Shown here: piece after piece, positions 27,877-36,874 of the stretch | Position numbering within the stretch: position 1 is the first letter of the stretch | Layout: the number at the start of each line of letters is the position of its first letter | DNA from: an uncultured Bacteriovoracaceae bacterium | GTDB taxonomy: Bacteria; Bdellovibrionota; Bacteriovoracia; Bacteriovoracales; Bacteriovoracaceae | Direction of reading: 5' to 3' | NCBI GenBank assembly: GCA_964012805.1 | Contig: CAXGUD010000035.1 | Span: 1 to 36,919, forward strand | Length of the DNA: 36,919 nt | The notes under the pieces: model-generated | Seen by the model: the letters and a program-made list of their open reading frames with translations, nothing else | Told to the model about the DNA's origin: nothing | Databases searched by the model: none | Made by a program: the position numbers and the translations under genes

Positions 27877-29037
27877 CTAAGAAACCCAATCTAGCCTTCT
27901 CATTAGAAAAAAACATAAGGCCATGACCATTACAGAAGGTGTCAAGATAGCAACCGAAGGGGGAACACCCCCTTTTTTAACAACGCTTAAAAGAAAAAAG
28001 AAAATCCCATAATAACCAATTATGGACATAAAAAGAGAACCACTAAACCCTTTTTTCTTAAATCTGCTGTGACCAAAAGAAAGACAAAATCCAAGAACCA
28101 CAAAAACAACGCACTGAATTGAATTGTTAATTCTTTGCCAATATTCTATTTCCAGGTTTAGAAGTCTTCTTCTAAGTCCATTTAAATCAACTTTTTTTTG
28201 TTGGGCTGACTTTGATTTACTTATCTGCTTTTTTATACTTTTTCTAAGTTCAATAATTTCAGTTGTGCCTCTCATCCCATCACGCGTAACAAACCCTATC
28301 TTTATATCGCTAGACATTATGGGAAATTCGTACTCTTTAAATAAAACTTTTGCGACATTTTTATCACTCCTATTAATTTTGGCAATATTACCGTCGTACA
28401 AAAGCAACCTAATTTTTGGCGACCTTTCATTACCTTCTTGGGTTTTAATAAGAACTCCTTTTTTTGCCAAAATGGACCTCTCATCTAAACCCTCCTTATT
28501 TTTTATATGGATAAAAACATTTTCAAGAAAAGTACCTCTTTTCGAAACTTTTTCTGCGTAAATGGTGGCCTTAGGTATTTCAGCATAAAATTGCTCAGAC
28601 TTCACATTCCTTAAAATTGCCTTACTAGTTAATTTAATTACTGTATTTTTAAATTGAGTTTTAGAATTAGGAATAATTCTAAGATTTACTGAGTAAAGGG
28701 CCAAACCAATAAGAGCACCTATTATTAGAAAAGGTAAAAATATCTTATTCTTGGAGAAGCCAAAAGACCTCATTGCAACTATTTCAGAGTCCTCAGCTAA
28801 TTTGCTTAGTGTAAACATCGTCGCAAATAAAATAGATATTGGAATCGATAAAGGGGTAAAGCTTATAGCTATATGCCCAAATAAAGCCAAAACTTCAGAT
28901 AAGGGTACATCTTTGCTTAAAATAACTTTCACAAGATTAAAGAGTTGGAATGTTAAGAGAAAAATTATGAAAAATAACGACCCCAACACAAAAGGACCAA
29001 TAAAACTTGTTATGAGATACCTATGAATTACACGCAT
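27877..29037 (-). CDS. lptF: LPS export ABC permease, LptF/LptG family
   Basis: IHRYLI, LSIPISILFA, LAEDSEIVAMRSFG, 3+3 TM layout around a periplasmic domain; divergent from pepA as in E. coli. Start moved to ATG 29037. Confidence 0.8.
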   Translation of the reverse strand: MRVIHRYLITSFIGPFVLGSLFFIIFLLTFQLFNLVKVILSKDVPLSEVLALFGHIAISFTPLSIPISILFATMFTLSKLAEDSEIVAMRSFGFSKNKIFLPFLIIGALIGLALYSVNLRIIPNSKTQFKNTVIKLTSKAILRNVKSEQFYAEIPKATIYAEKVSKRGTFLENVFIHIKNKEGLDERSILAKKGVLIKTQEGNERSPKIRLLLYDGNIAKINRSDKNVAKVLFKEYEFPIMSSDIKIGFVTRDGMRGTTEIIELRKSIKKQISKSKSAQQKKVDLNGLRRRLLNLEIEYWQRINNSIQCVVFVVLGFCLSFGHSRFKKKGFSGSLFMSIIGYYGIFFFLLSVVKKGGVPPSVAILTPSVMVMALCFFLMRRLDWVS

Positions 29038-29178
29038 AAAAACACCACAACGCATAACAAAACAAACTACCATTTGTTTTAGACAAAATTCAACTACTCG
29101 TGCTAGCTTAGCTTTTTCGTAAAAACATTGAAAACCTTATTTTAAATTGCAAAAAATCCAATTCCCATAGGAGCTTAT

Positions 29179-30672
29179 ATGAAGTTTATAATTTCCACGA
29201 GTAACAAAAATGAAAAGCAAGGACATGAGCTTGTCATCGTTCCTGCTTTTAAGTCAAAAAGCAAAAAAGCAATTAATATATCTGACTGGGACCCATCTTT
29301 TAAAACAGCTTTCAACAAAATTAAAGCTTCGAAGTTTTTCGAAGGAGCAAAGGGTCAAATCTTTAATTTCCAACTAGAAAATGGAACAACCGTTCTTGCC
29401 CTAGGCTTAGGAGAGAGAAGTTCTGTCTCTCTTGAGATACTGAGATGCGAAGCAGCAAACGTCTGTAAAAAAATCTTAAACCAACACTCTGAAGTTGTCC
29501 TAAAAATTAGTCAATTTGCCCTTAAAGAGGATTTCGAAAGGTCCGTTTCATCTGTGATACAAGGGTTTCTTCTCTCTTCCTATAAATTTGAAAAACACTT
29601 ATCTTCAAAGTCAGAGCAAAAGTTAAAAAAAGTTGTTCTTGAGGTTGATAGTAAAGATTCAAAAGCTGCCAAAAAAGCTCTTCAAGAGAGCTTAATCATT
29701 TGTGAATCGGTTAACTTTTGCAGAGACTTAGTAAATGAGCCACCGAATATTTTAAATTCAGAAACCTATGCAAAGTTGGTTGAAAAAGACTCTAAGAAAC
29801 TCAATAGAGTCAAAGTAAAAGTACTTGGAAGGCAACAACTCAAAAAAGAAAAAATGGGCATGTTCCTTTCTGTAAATGCTGGCTCAGCCTATGAACCAAG
29901 ACTAGTTCACCTCACCTACACTCCAAAAAAAGTAACCAAAAAAACAAAACACATAGTATTGGTTGGAAAAGGGCTCACTTTTGACACGGGTGGCTACTCA
30001 TTGAAGCCATCCGGATCAATGATGAATATGAAGTTTGATATGGCCGGTTCATCGACTGTTTATTCTGCTTTTAGAGCTGCTTCACTACTTAACACAGATG
30101 TAAAAGTCACCTGTCTGTTAGGCATTACCGACAATGCGGTGAATGAGAAGGCTACAATGCCAGACTCTATTGTAACAGCGCGAAATGGAAAAACTGTTGA
30201 AATTTTAAATACGGACGCTGAAGGTAGGCTCGTTCTCGGTGATGTCCTGAGTTATGCTAGTGACCTAAAGCCAGACACTATAATTGATGCAGCCACCCTA
30301 ACTGGAGCGTGCCTTGTATCTCTTGGTCACGAAATGTGTGGCTTAATGACAAACAGTGACAAGCTTGCGAACAGCCTTCTTGAATCTGCCAAAGAAGTCG
30401 ATGAGTATATGTGGCAACTTCCTATAATTGATCCTTTTAGAAAGGATATGAAATCAAATATTGCTGACCTAAAAAATATGGGCGGTTCTAGGTTTGGTGG
30501 CACATCAAAAGCAGCCGCCTTCTTAGAAAACTTTGTAGACCCTAAAATTGCTTGGGCTCACTTAGATATAGCAGGTATTGGTGATTCTCAATCTCACCTA
30601 CCATACTGCCCTTCTAAAGGTGCCTCCGGCTCCATTGTAAGAACTCTTACTCACTACCTTACAAACATATGA
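29179..30672 (+). CDS. pepA: Leucyl aminopeptidase (M17)
   Basis: VGKGLTFDTGGYSLKP, MKFDMAG, NTDAEGRL, ATLTGA, WAHLDIAG; SD AGGAG. Confidence 0.96.
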   Translation: MKFIISTSNKNEKQGHELVIVPAFKSKSKKAINISDWDPSFKTAFNKIKASKFFEGAKGQIFNFQLENGTTVLALGLGERSSVSLEILRCEAANVCKKILNQHSEVVLKISQFALKEDFERSVSSVIQGFLLSSYKFEKHLSSKSEQKLKKVVLEVDSKDSKAAKKALQESLIICESVNFCRDLVNEPPNILNSETYAKLVEKDSKKLNRVKVKVLGRQQLKKEKMGMFLSVNAGSAYEPRLVHLTYTPKKVTKKTKHIVLVGKGLTFDTGGYSLKPSGSMMNMKFDMAGSSTVYSAFRAASLLNTDVKVTCLLGITDNAVNEKATMPDSIVTARNGKTVEILNTDAEGRLVLGDVLSYASDLKPDTIIDAATLTGACLVSLGHEMCGLMTNSDKLANSLLESAKEVDEYMWQLPIIDPFRKDMKSNIADLKNMGGSRFGGTSKAAAFLENFVDPKIAWAHLDIAGIGDSQSHLPYCPSKGASGSIVRTLTHYLTNI

Positions 30673-31139
30673 AAAAAAAGCCATTTAGTATCGTCCTTTA
30701 CGCTCCCGAAATTCCCGGCAATACCGGGTCTATCGGGCGGACTTGCCTGGCCTTAGATATAGACCTTATTCTGATTAAACCCTATGGCTTTGACCTTTCA
30801 GAAAAGTCTGTTCGAAGAGCAGGCTTAGACTACTGGAAACATGTACGCCTAACTGAGTTTGAAAGCTTCAACCACTTTATACAAAAGAAGTCTCCAACAA
30901 AAGACAGCTTATTCCTCTTTAGTAAAACCGGTGAGAAGAGCTATTTTGACGCTCCTTTCAAAGAGGACTGTTATTTAATTTTTGGGTCTGAGACTAAGGG
31001 ATTACCACCGAGTGTACTTGAAACTTATAAGAGTAATGCTTACAAACTTCCCATGTTTAATGAACATGTTAGATCGCTCAACCTTTCAAATGTTGCTACA
31101 TCAGTGGGTTATGAATGTCTTAGGAAATTAAACTTGTAA
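30669..31139 (+). CDS. trmL: tRNA (cytidine/uridine 34-2'-O)-methyltransferase
   Basis: PEIPGNTGSIGRTC, RRAGLDYW, FGSETKGLP, RSLNLSN; ATGA overlap with pepA. Confidence 0.95.
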   Translation: MKKKPFSIVLYAPEIPGNTGSIGRTCLALDIDLILIKPYGFDLSEKSVRRAGLDYWKHVRLTEFESFNHFIQKKSPTKDSLFLFSKTGEKSYFDAPFKEDCYLIFGSETKGLPPSVLETYKSNAYKLPMFNEHVRSLNLSNVATSVGYECLRKLNL

Positions 31140-32243
31140 GCTTAAACCTTCCTTAGAAGACTCAGTGACAAGTCCTGAAGAAATAAGCCCTCTTACAAAA
31201 TGCGAAAGACCTTGAGTCTCAGTTGATCTATCTAAACCTGATAGGGGAGCATTCTCACCTACAAATGTTACCCCCTCAATTTTCGATTTGTCTTTCAACA
31301 AAGGATTATCTACGAGTTGAGTTGCATTTTCATCTATGGATAAATACTCGTTTTCCAAAGCTTTAGAAAAGCTAGGAAAGATCTTTTCCAAGCTTCTCTT
31401 CAGTATTTTAATCCGCCTGGAAACTTCTTCTTCACTCAATTCCTCTGGGTCAAAGTAGTGCTGCAACTCTAAAAAATGCTCCCCATTCATTTCAAAGAAG
31501 TTACCTAAAAAATGTCCCCACTCATGGGTTAAACTCAAAGGAATAAAAAAAGTTTCACCCATATCAGAAATTTTTTTCTTCAATTTAAAAAGCACTTTTA
31601 GTCCAAAAGCTCCCTTAGTGTTTTCACAAAACTCAATAAATTCATTATTGAGTGAAGATTTATTTTCAATGAATGAAAGGAGTTTCCATGGAGGCAACCC
31701 CCATATTAGATTCTTAGAACTAAAAATGGTTCCATTTAAAAGTTCCACTGTCCAGGAACTATCAATTTCTTTAAAGTTCACACCTTTAATTTGACCCGTA
31801 TAACTTTTTTTATTAAAAAAGTCCCAAAATGATGAATCCTTAAGGAAGAATAGTTCTTTCTCAAAGACAAACTTTTTACTTTTTTGAATAAAGAAAACCT
31901 CTTCTTTTTGAAGAGTTTCATTCTTACTACGCCCTCCAAAAGGTCTAAATTGATTATCTTTATAAAAGGTTGTAGACGAAAACTCTTCTGACAAAGAGTC
32001 CTTAATTGAACTCCCCATACAAAACTTTATATTTTGCTCCCCTCGTATTTTCTCATAACCTTTACCAAAAATATCCGCAGTATTTAATTTTTTTGAAGTA
32101 ATAACCTTAGAGCTCTCAAATTCTTCCTTTCTTTTGAAAATATAGCAAAGAGTATGTATATCTTCCCCTACAACCAAATTCGGTAATTCAACATAAGACT
32201 TCTTTTCTTTAACTTCTTTTTTCAAGTTGCCAAAAATTTTCAT
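31128..32243 (-). CDS. Hypothetical protein, possible degenerate FAD-dependent oxidoreductase fold
   Basis: 371-aa ORF; segments WTVELLNGTIFSSKNLIWGLPP and GVTFVGE resemble amine-oxidase/HemY-family elements; no GxGxxG. Confidence 0.6.
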   Translation of the reverse strand: MKIFGNLKKEVKEKKSYVELPNLVVGEDIHTLCYIFKRKEEFESSKVITSKKLNTADIFGKGYEKIRGEQNIKFCMGSSIKDSLSEEFSSTTFYKDNQFRPFGGRSKNETLQKEEVFFIQKSKKFVFEKELFFLKDSSFWDFFNKKSYTGQIKGVNFKEIDSSWTVELLNGTIFSSKNLIWGLPPWKLLSFIENKSSLNNEFIEFCENTKGAFGLKVLFKLKKKISDMGETFFIPLSLTHEWGHFLGNFFEMNGEHFLELQHYFDPEELSEEEVSRRIKILKRSLEKIFPSFSKALENEYLSIDENATQLVDNPLLKDKSKIEGVTFVGENAPLSGLDRSTETQGLSHFVRGLISSGLVTESSKEGLSLQV

Positions 32244-32259
32244 TATTTTCCCAAAAAAC

Positions 32260-33744
32260 TTATCGTACGATCAATCTATCACCTTCTCTAATAGATCTTC
32301 TTTGAAGAATACTTAAATTGGACAAAATAAGCGTATCCATCGATGTCCCAAAAAGGTTTGCAATTTTCCAAAGGCTATCTCCCCTCTTTACTCTATAAAA
32401 TTTGGAAGGGTTTTTTATTTTCTGTCCTAACCTCTTGGCCCTCTTTATTCTCCTTCTTAAAGAGTGCCTCTTTGATCTTTTCTTTTTCTTTTGAAACAAG
32501 TCAGCATACATCACGTCTCGCTTACTTTGTCCAACTCGAAAAGGCAATATTACATTGGTCCCAGGCTTTAAAGTCCTAGATGTAGAAAATCCATTAAACT
32601 TTTTTAATACTAATGGATCTAATTTATAAAGTTTAGAAACCCTCCTCAAAGTAGTTTTCTTCTTACCAACTTTATAAACTTGATAACGCTTTGCGGAGAC
32701 ATCTTTATCTTGGCAACAACTTAACCAAGCGCTCTTTTTACCAACAGGTATTCTTAGACGATAACCTGGCTTCTCAAGTGGTGTCTGCCATCTTAAAAGC
32801 TCAGGGTTTAAATCCTTTAAAAGAGAAAACGAGACTCCTAACTCTTCTGACAAAGTATAAAGATCTGTATTTGAAGGCAGAGTAATCTCTTCAAAGTCAA
32901 GCGGCTTCAAAAACTCCACATTTTCCAAACCAAAACTTTCAAGGTTTTTGCCAATAATCGCTAATGCCATAATTTTTGGAACGTAATTCTTGGTTTCCCT
33001 CTTTAAGTACCGCCCTTTAATCAAACGCCAAAAGTTCCTAGTTCTATACCTCTTAATTGCCCTTGAAACCTTCCCTTCACCTGCATTGTAGGCGGCTGCA
33101 GCCAACTCCCAAGACCCAAACCGATCATAAAGGTACCTAAGATACCGGCAAGCTGCTATCGTTGCTTTAATTGGATCTCTTCTTTCATCAATAAACCAAT
33201 CTATTTTTAGACCAAACCTTGCTGCAGTTTTAGGCATAAATTGCCAAATCCCAACCGCTTGAGCTCTTGATTTAGCATTATTCCGAAATCCCGATTCAGC
33301 CATGGCCAAGAAAATTAAATCTTTTGGGAGGTCAAAGTCCTTGAGAATTTCCACAATAAGCGGTCCATATTGACCGGCTCTGCGACTATATCTTTTAAAA
33401 AATCCTCTTCCTCTTGTTAAAAAGTAGTTTATCCAAATTTCAACTTTCCGATTATAGACGATAGGAAAGTCAAACACTGCGTTTGGTAGATCCAAATGGT
33501 CGCCACCCTTCAGGGAAAAAAGGGGCCTTTTGCTTTCGCCCTGTTTTTTTGGATAGCTATAATTGAAAACGTTTGTACCATTACCAAAGCTTTCTTTGAG
33601 GTTTGGTTTTGTAACATTTTTGGAAGGCTGCTCAAGAGTTTGATCAACCCTTTCATTTTTATTTTTTGAATCTATAGCAGCACAAGAAAATAACATCTGG
33701 AATGAGAGCAGTAGAAATAACCGACTTATTATTTTCTCTTTCAT
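32260..33744 (-). CDS. MltD-like lytic transglycosylase lipoprotein with LysM domains
   Basis: SLT motifs LAMAESG, AVGIWQFMP, AAYNAGEG and ETKNYVPK; LysM YRVKRGDSLWKIA; lipobox LFSC after the probable ATG 33744 (ORF track extends to TTG 33870). Confidence 0.92.
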   Translation of the reverse strand: MKEKIISRLFLLLSFQMLFSCAAIDSKNKNERVDQTLEQPSKNVTKPNLKESFGNGTNVFNYSYPKKQGESKRPLFSLKGGDHLDLPNAVFDFPIVYNRKVEIWINYFLTRGRGFFKRYSRRAGQYGPLIVEILKDFDLPKDLIFLAMAESGFRNNAKSRAQAVGIWQFMPKTAARFGLKIDWFIDERRDPIKATIAACRYLRYLYDRFGSWELAAAAYNAGEGKVSRAIKRYRTRNFWRLIKGRYLKRETKNYVPKIMALAIIGKNLESFGLENVEFLKPLDFEEITLPSNTDLYTLSEELGVSFSLLKDLNPELLRWQTPLEKPGYRLRIPVGKKSAWLSCCQDKDVSAKRYQVYKVGKKKTTLRRVSKLYKLDPLVLKKFNGFSTSRTLKPGTNVILPFRVGQSKRDVMYADLFQKKKKRSKRHSLRRRIKRAKRLGQKIKNPSKFYRVKRGDSLWKIANLFGTSMDTLILSNLSILQRRSIREGDRLIVR

Positions 33745-33946
33745 AAACAATTTCTTATACAAGGCTGAGGTAAATATTAAACTTCTTATCAGAAATAGCT
33801 CTTCTTTAAGTTCCTCAAAGAAAACTTCATTTGTCAAAGGTTCGTCATTTAAACTTTGAATTAATAACAAAACCTTTCACAGTGTATTATTTTTCCCCCT
33901 CCCCAACACATAGTTTTCTACCTATCGTTTAAAAAAAGGACAAAGT

Positions 33947-34525
33947 TTGCGTTACCTAAGGTACTTTAAGATATTTCTTTTCTCTCTAATAATGACATAC
34001 CTTACAGCACATTGTCAGGAAAGCCCTCCAGCGCAAAATAAACTCCCAAACTACGACTTTAGTATTGATAATTTAAAAGTCTTTTTTCCAAATTCAACTC
34101 GAGAAGAAATTGAAAAAACAGCTGGTGAGGGGACCATCATTAAAAGCAATGAAAACCTTGTGATAAAGAGATATTATGTTGCGCAATTAAGATATAAATT
34201 TCCAGTTTTTGTACAATTTTACCAAGATAAGTCAATTGAGTTTTTTGCTCGGCTACCCAGTTATTTCCTCCATGACCTCTTTCATCAAGCCCTCATTAAC
34301 CGTTACGGTGAGCAAAACCGCTATGTAAGAATTGAAAACAGCGCCCTCTACATATGGCAAAACGCAGAAAACAATCAAATAGTGTACAATGGGATGTGTA
34401 CCATAACCTGTTTTCCACAATTTCTATCTATCGCAAAAAAAGAAACCCAAGGAATTGCGAACTACAGGTCTCTTCTAGATATTTTCTGGAAACCAATGCC
34501 TCCTCCAAAAGCCGAAGAAGAATAG
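33947..34525 (+). CDS. Secreted hypothetical protein
   Basis: N-terminal signal-like hydrophobic stretch; FARLPSYFLHDLFHQALINRYG; CTITC motif; SD AAGGA before TTG. Confidence 0.75.
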   Translation: MRYLRYFKIFLFSLIMTYLTAHCQESPPAQNKLPNYDFSIDNLKVFFPNSTREEIEKTAGEGTIIKSNENLVIKRYYVAQLRYKFPVFVQFYQDKSIEFFARLPSYFLHDLFHQALINRYGEQNRYVRIENSALYIWQNAENNQIVYNGMCTITCFPQFLSIAKKETQGIANYRSLLDIFWKPMPPPKAEEE

Positions 34526-34562
34526 ATACGCAGAATTTAAGCTACATTCATTAAGCTTGATT

Positions 34563-35357
34563 TCAGGCTTTGGCTGGGATTTGTTCATTTTTTTTCAAGG
34601 AGTAGAACAAGCCGCAAACACCCACTAACCCCATAAGAATACAAAGGATCTGTCCCATGGTCGTAGTTCCACCGAAGTAATAACCCAGTTGATTATCTGG
34701 TTCTCTAAAATACTCCGCCAAAAACCTTAAGGACCCATATCCTATGAAATAAATTGAAGTTAAGACTCCATAAACTTTTACCCTCTTCCGTAAAAACCAA
34801 AGGACTAAGAACAAAACCATTCCCTCTAAAACCGCTTCATAAAGCTGAGAGGGGTGCCTTGGATAAGGTCCTCCTTGGGGAAAGATCATAGCCCAAGGGA
34901 CTTCACTTACCCTTCCATACAGCTCGCCATTTATAAAATTGCCTATTCGACCCCAGAACACGCCTTGGGAGCCAGCGACACACGTCACATCTAGCATCTG
35001 AAGAAAGGGAATTTTATTATTTTTTGCAAATATGTAGGCTCCACAAACAAGGCCGATTATGGCGCCATGATAACTTAGTCCACCTTTCCAAACTGCGAGT
35101 AATTCACTGAGGTTCTGAGAGTAATAATCCCAGTTATACACAAATACGTAAAAGAACCTAGCTCCTAAAAACATCCCTATTATGCTGTGGGTTATAAAGG
35201 AGTCTACTTTTTCTTTAACGACATGAAAAAAGCCTTCATCTACAAGCTTTCTCATCAAATATCCGGAAATGATGAAACCTAAAACATACATCATTCCGTA
35301 CCATCTAATTTGGAGAGGTCCTAATGAAAAAATAACAGGGTCTAGTCTAACTATCAT
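34563..35357 (-). CDS. lgt: Prolipoprotein diacylglyceryl transferase
   Basis: IRWYG, GARFFY, GGLSYHG, GRIGNFINGELYGR, RHPSQLYE, RFLAEYFREPD. Confidence 0.98.
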   Translation of the reverse strand: MIVRLDPVIFSLGPLQIRWYGMMYVLGFIISGYLMRKLVDEGFFHVVKEKVDSFITHSIIGMFLGARFFYVFVYNWDYYSQNLSELLAVWKGGLSYHGAIIGLVCGAYIFAKNNKIPFLQMLDVTCVAGSQGVFWGRIGNFINGELYGRVSEVPWAMIFPQGGPYPRHPSQLYEAVLEGMVLFLVLWFLRKRVKVYGVLTSIYFIGYGSLRFLAEYFREPDNQLGYYFGGTTTMGQILCILMGLVGVCGLFYSLKKNEQIPAKA

Positions 35358-35380
35358 AGACCGAATGGTACCCTAATTTC

Positions 35381-36235
35381 TTACAATGACAAGTCTCTAG
35401 CCGACCCATCCTTGCTTTTAGGCTTGATATAACCACACTGAGTTTTTGCTATTTTAGCAATCATTTCTCTCACTCTTACACTCAAACCTTTAAGATCAAA
35501 GAAGGTACAAGAACCAAAAAGAAGAGAAATAAACCTTTCTTTCGAAACTGCGCGTTTCTTTTTGTTCGGGGCCATGACCACTCCTCTCTCTTCTCTAACA
35601 ATGTCCACGTTTTGAATTGACAAGAGTTCACCTTTAAAATTGAAAGCAACATTTTTTTCGGTGTCTATGTAAAAAGCTTCACCGTTTGATTCTTTTTGCT
35701 TCAGTAACTCTATTTCTTTTCCTAATATTCTGCCCCAAAAGCCTATAACCCCATGTTCAACAAAAGCCCAGCTAACGAATCTGTTCAAAATTATGTTATA
35801 AGCTTTTTTTAAATCATCACCCTCTTTAAAGCCCGTCCAACAACCGAGTTTCCACATATTTGCCGAGTTGGAAAAAACTAAAACTCCACCATCTTTATAG
35901 CGATAAACATTGTAACCATTTTGAGGAATGATACTTTCGAAGCCGTATAAATCTGATTCTTGAATCCTGCTTAATTGAAGCCGAACATCAGGCGACGCAC
36001 AACTTATATCAAGAACCCTAGAGTCTTCTCTTTCTCTTAAAACGGATTCAATTTCCTTAGACCTCTCCTCATCCAAAGCCTTAAAACCAAAGCTAAGGAT
36101 CATATCCACTATCTCCTTGGGAACGGCTTGGTCTTGAACCTTTAAGTAGATGGGATAATTTAACTCCTCTCCTAAATAAAAGTAGTTTGTTAAACTCTCT
36201 TTTTCTCCCACATTAAACCCCTTTAAAAAATTCAA
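35381..36235 (-). CDS. Hypothetical protein (~284 aa, start uncertain)
   Basis: Long ORF with normal composition; no recognisable catalytic motif; TTG start lacks an SD. Confidence 0.75.
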   Translation of the reverse strand: MNFLKGFNVGEKESLTNYFYLGEELNYPIYLKVQDQAVPKEIVDMILSFGFKALDEERSKEIESVLREREDSRVLDISCASPDVRLQLSRIQESDLYGFESIIPQNGYNVYRYKDGGVLVFSNSANMWKLGCWTGFKEGDDLKKAYNIILNRFVSWAFVEHGVIGFWGRILGKEIELLKQKESNGEAFYIDTEKNVAFNFKGELLSIQNVDIVREERGVVMAPNKKKRAVSKERFISLLFGSCTFFDLKGLSVRVREMIAKIAKTQCGYIKPKSKDGSARDLSL

Positions 36236-36330
36236 AGTATTCTTTTACGCGCCACACTGATCGTCCTATGTATTTATACCTTAAATTAAGTAAATAAATT
36301 TTATTAACTCTTGTTTTTGTGGGGTATTAC

Positions 36331-36359
36331 TTGACATAAAAATCAAAAATTAATAGAAG
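36331..36359 (+). promoter_or_regulatory. Possible promoter of rplU-rpmA
   Basis: Perfect TTGACA at 36331; the -10 at 17 bp (TAGAAG) is imperfect. Confidence 0.4.
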
Positions 36360-36452
36360 TCATAGATTCAAGTGTTACGCTTAAGGACTAAATTTAGGGA
36401 CAAAAAGAATCACTTTGTATGATCCCCTAAGTTTGCCTCTGAAGGAGAAATC

Positions 36453-36818
36453 ATGTACGGAGTAATTGAAGTAGCTGGACACCAGTACAGAGTTAAAGCT
36501 GGAGATATTATCGATGTTGAAAAACTAAGTGGCAACGAAGGTGACGTTGTTGAAATCGATAAAGTTCTCTTCGTTGGTGGTGATAATCCACAAGTCGGCT
36601 TACCTGTTGTTGAAGGAGCTTTAGTTAAGGCTAAAGTTATTAGACAAGCTAAGGGAAAGAAGGTTCTCGTTTTTAAAAGAAAGCCTGGAATGTATCAAAA
36701 AAGGCAAGGGCACCGTCAAGAGTATACAGGCCTTCTCATTACTGAAATTAAAGATGGAAAAGGTGCCAGCAGTCTAATTGATAGCGGTAGTAAAGAAGCA
36801 AAAAAATATTTAAAGTAA
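36453..36818 (+). CDS. rplU: 50S ribosomal protein L21
   Basis: MYGVIEVAGHQYRV, VGLPVVEGA, VFKRK, GHRQEYT; SD AAGGAG. Confidence 0.97.
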   Translation: MYGVIEVAGHQYRVKAGDIIDVEKLSGNEGDVVEIDKVLFVGGDNPQVGLPVVEGALVKAKVIRQAKGKKVLVFKRKPGMYQKRQGHRQEYTGLLITEIKDGKGASSLIDSGSKEAKKYLK

Positions 36819-36827
36819 TATCAGGAC

Positions 36828-36856
36828 TGAAGCGTATAAAATGACGCTTCATTTTT
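36828..36856 (+). terminator. Intrinsic terminator-like hairpin between rplU and rpmA
   Basis: TGAAGCGT-ataaaatg-ACGCTTCA (8-bp perfect stem) followed directly by TTTTT. Confidence 0.55.
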
Positions 36857-36874
36857 GAGAATTGGGAGTGTTAG

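Noticed and set aside
33745..33870. 42-aa N-terminal extension of the MltD-like ORF
   Set aside because: The lipoprotein signal fits an ATG at 33744; the upstream TTG start is probably just open-frame extension.
3006..34554. Nested or antisense ORFs in the track (e.g. 3006..3392, 11376..11696, 24161..24445, 28124..28561, 28751..29026, 34354..34554)
   Set aside because: They lie within well-supported genes and show no motifs; expected shadow ORFs.
35381..36235. Faint resemblance of LNRFVSWAFVEHGVIGFWG to HprK-related kinases
   Set aside because: No His or Walker A motif follows; too weak to support without a profile search.
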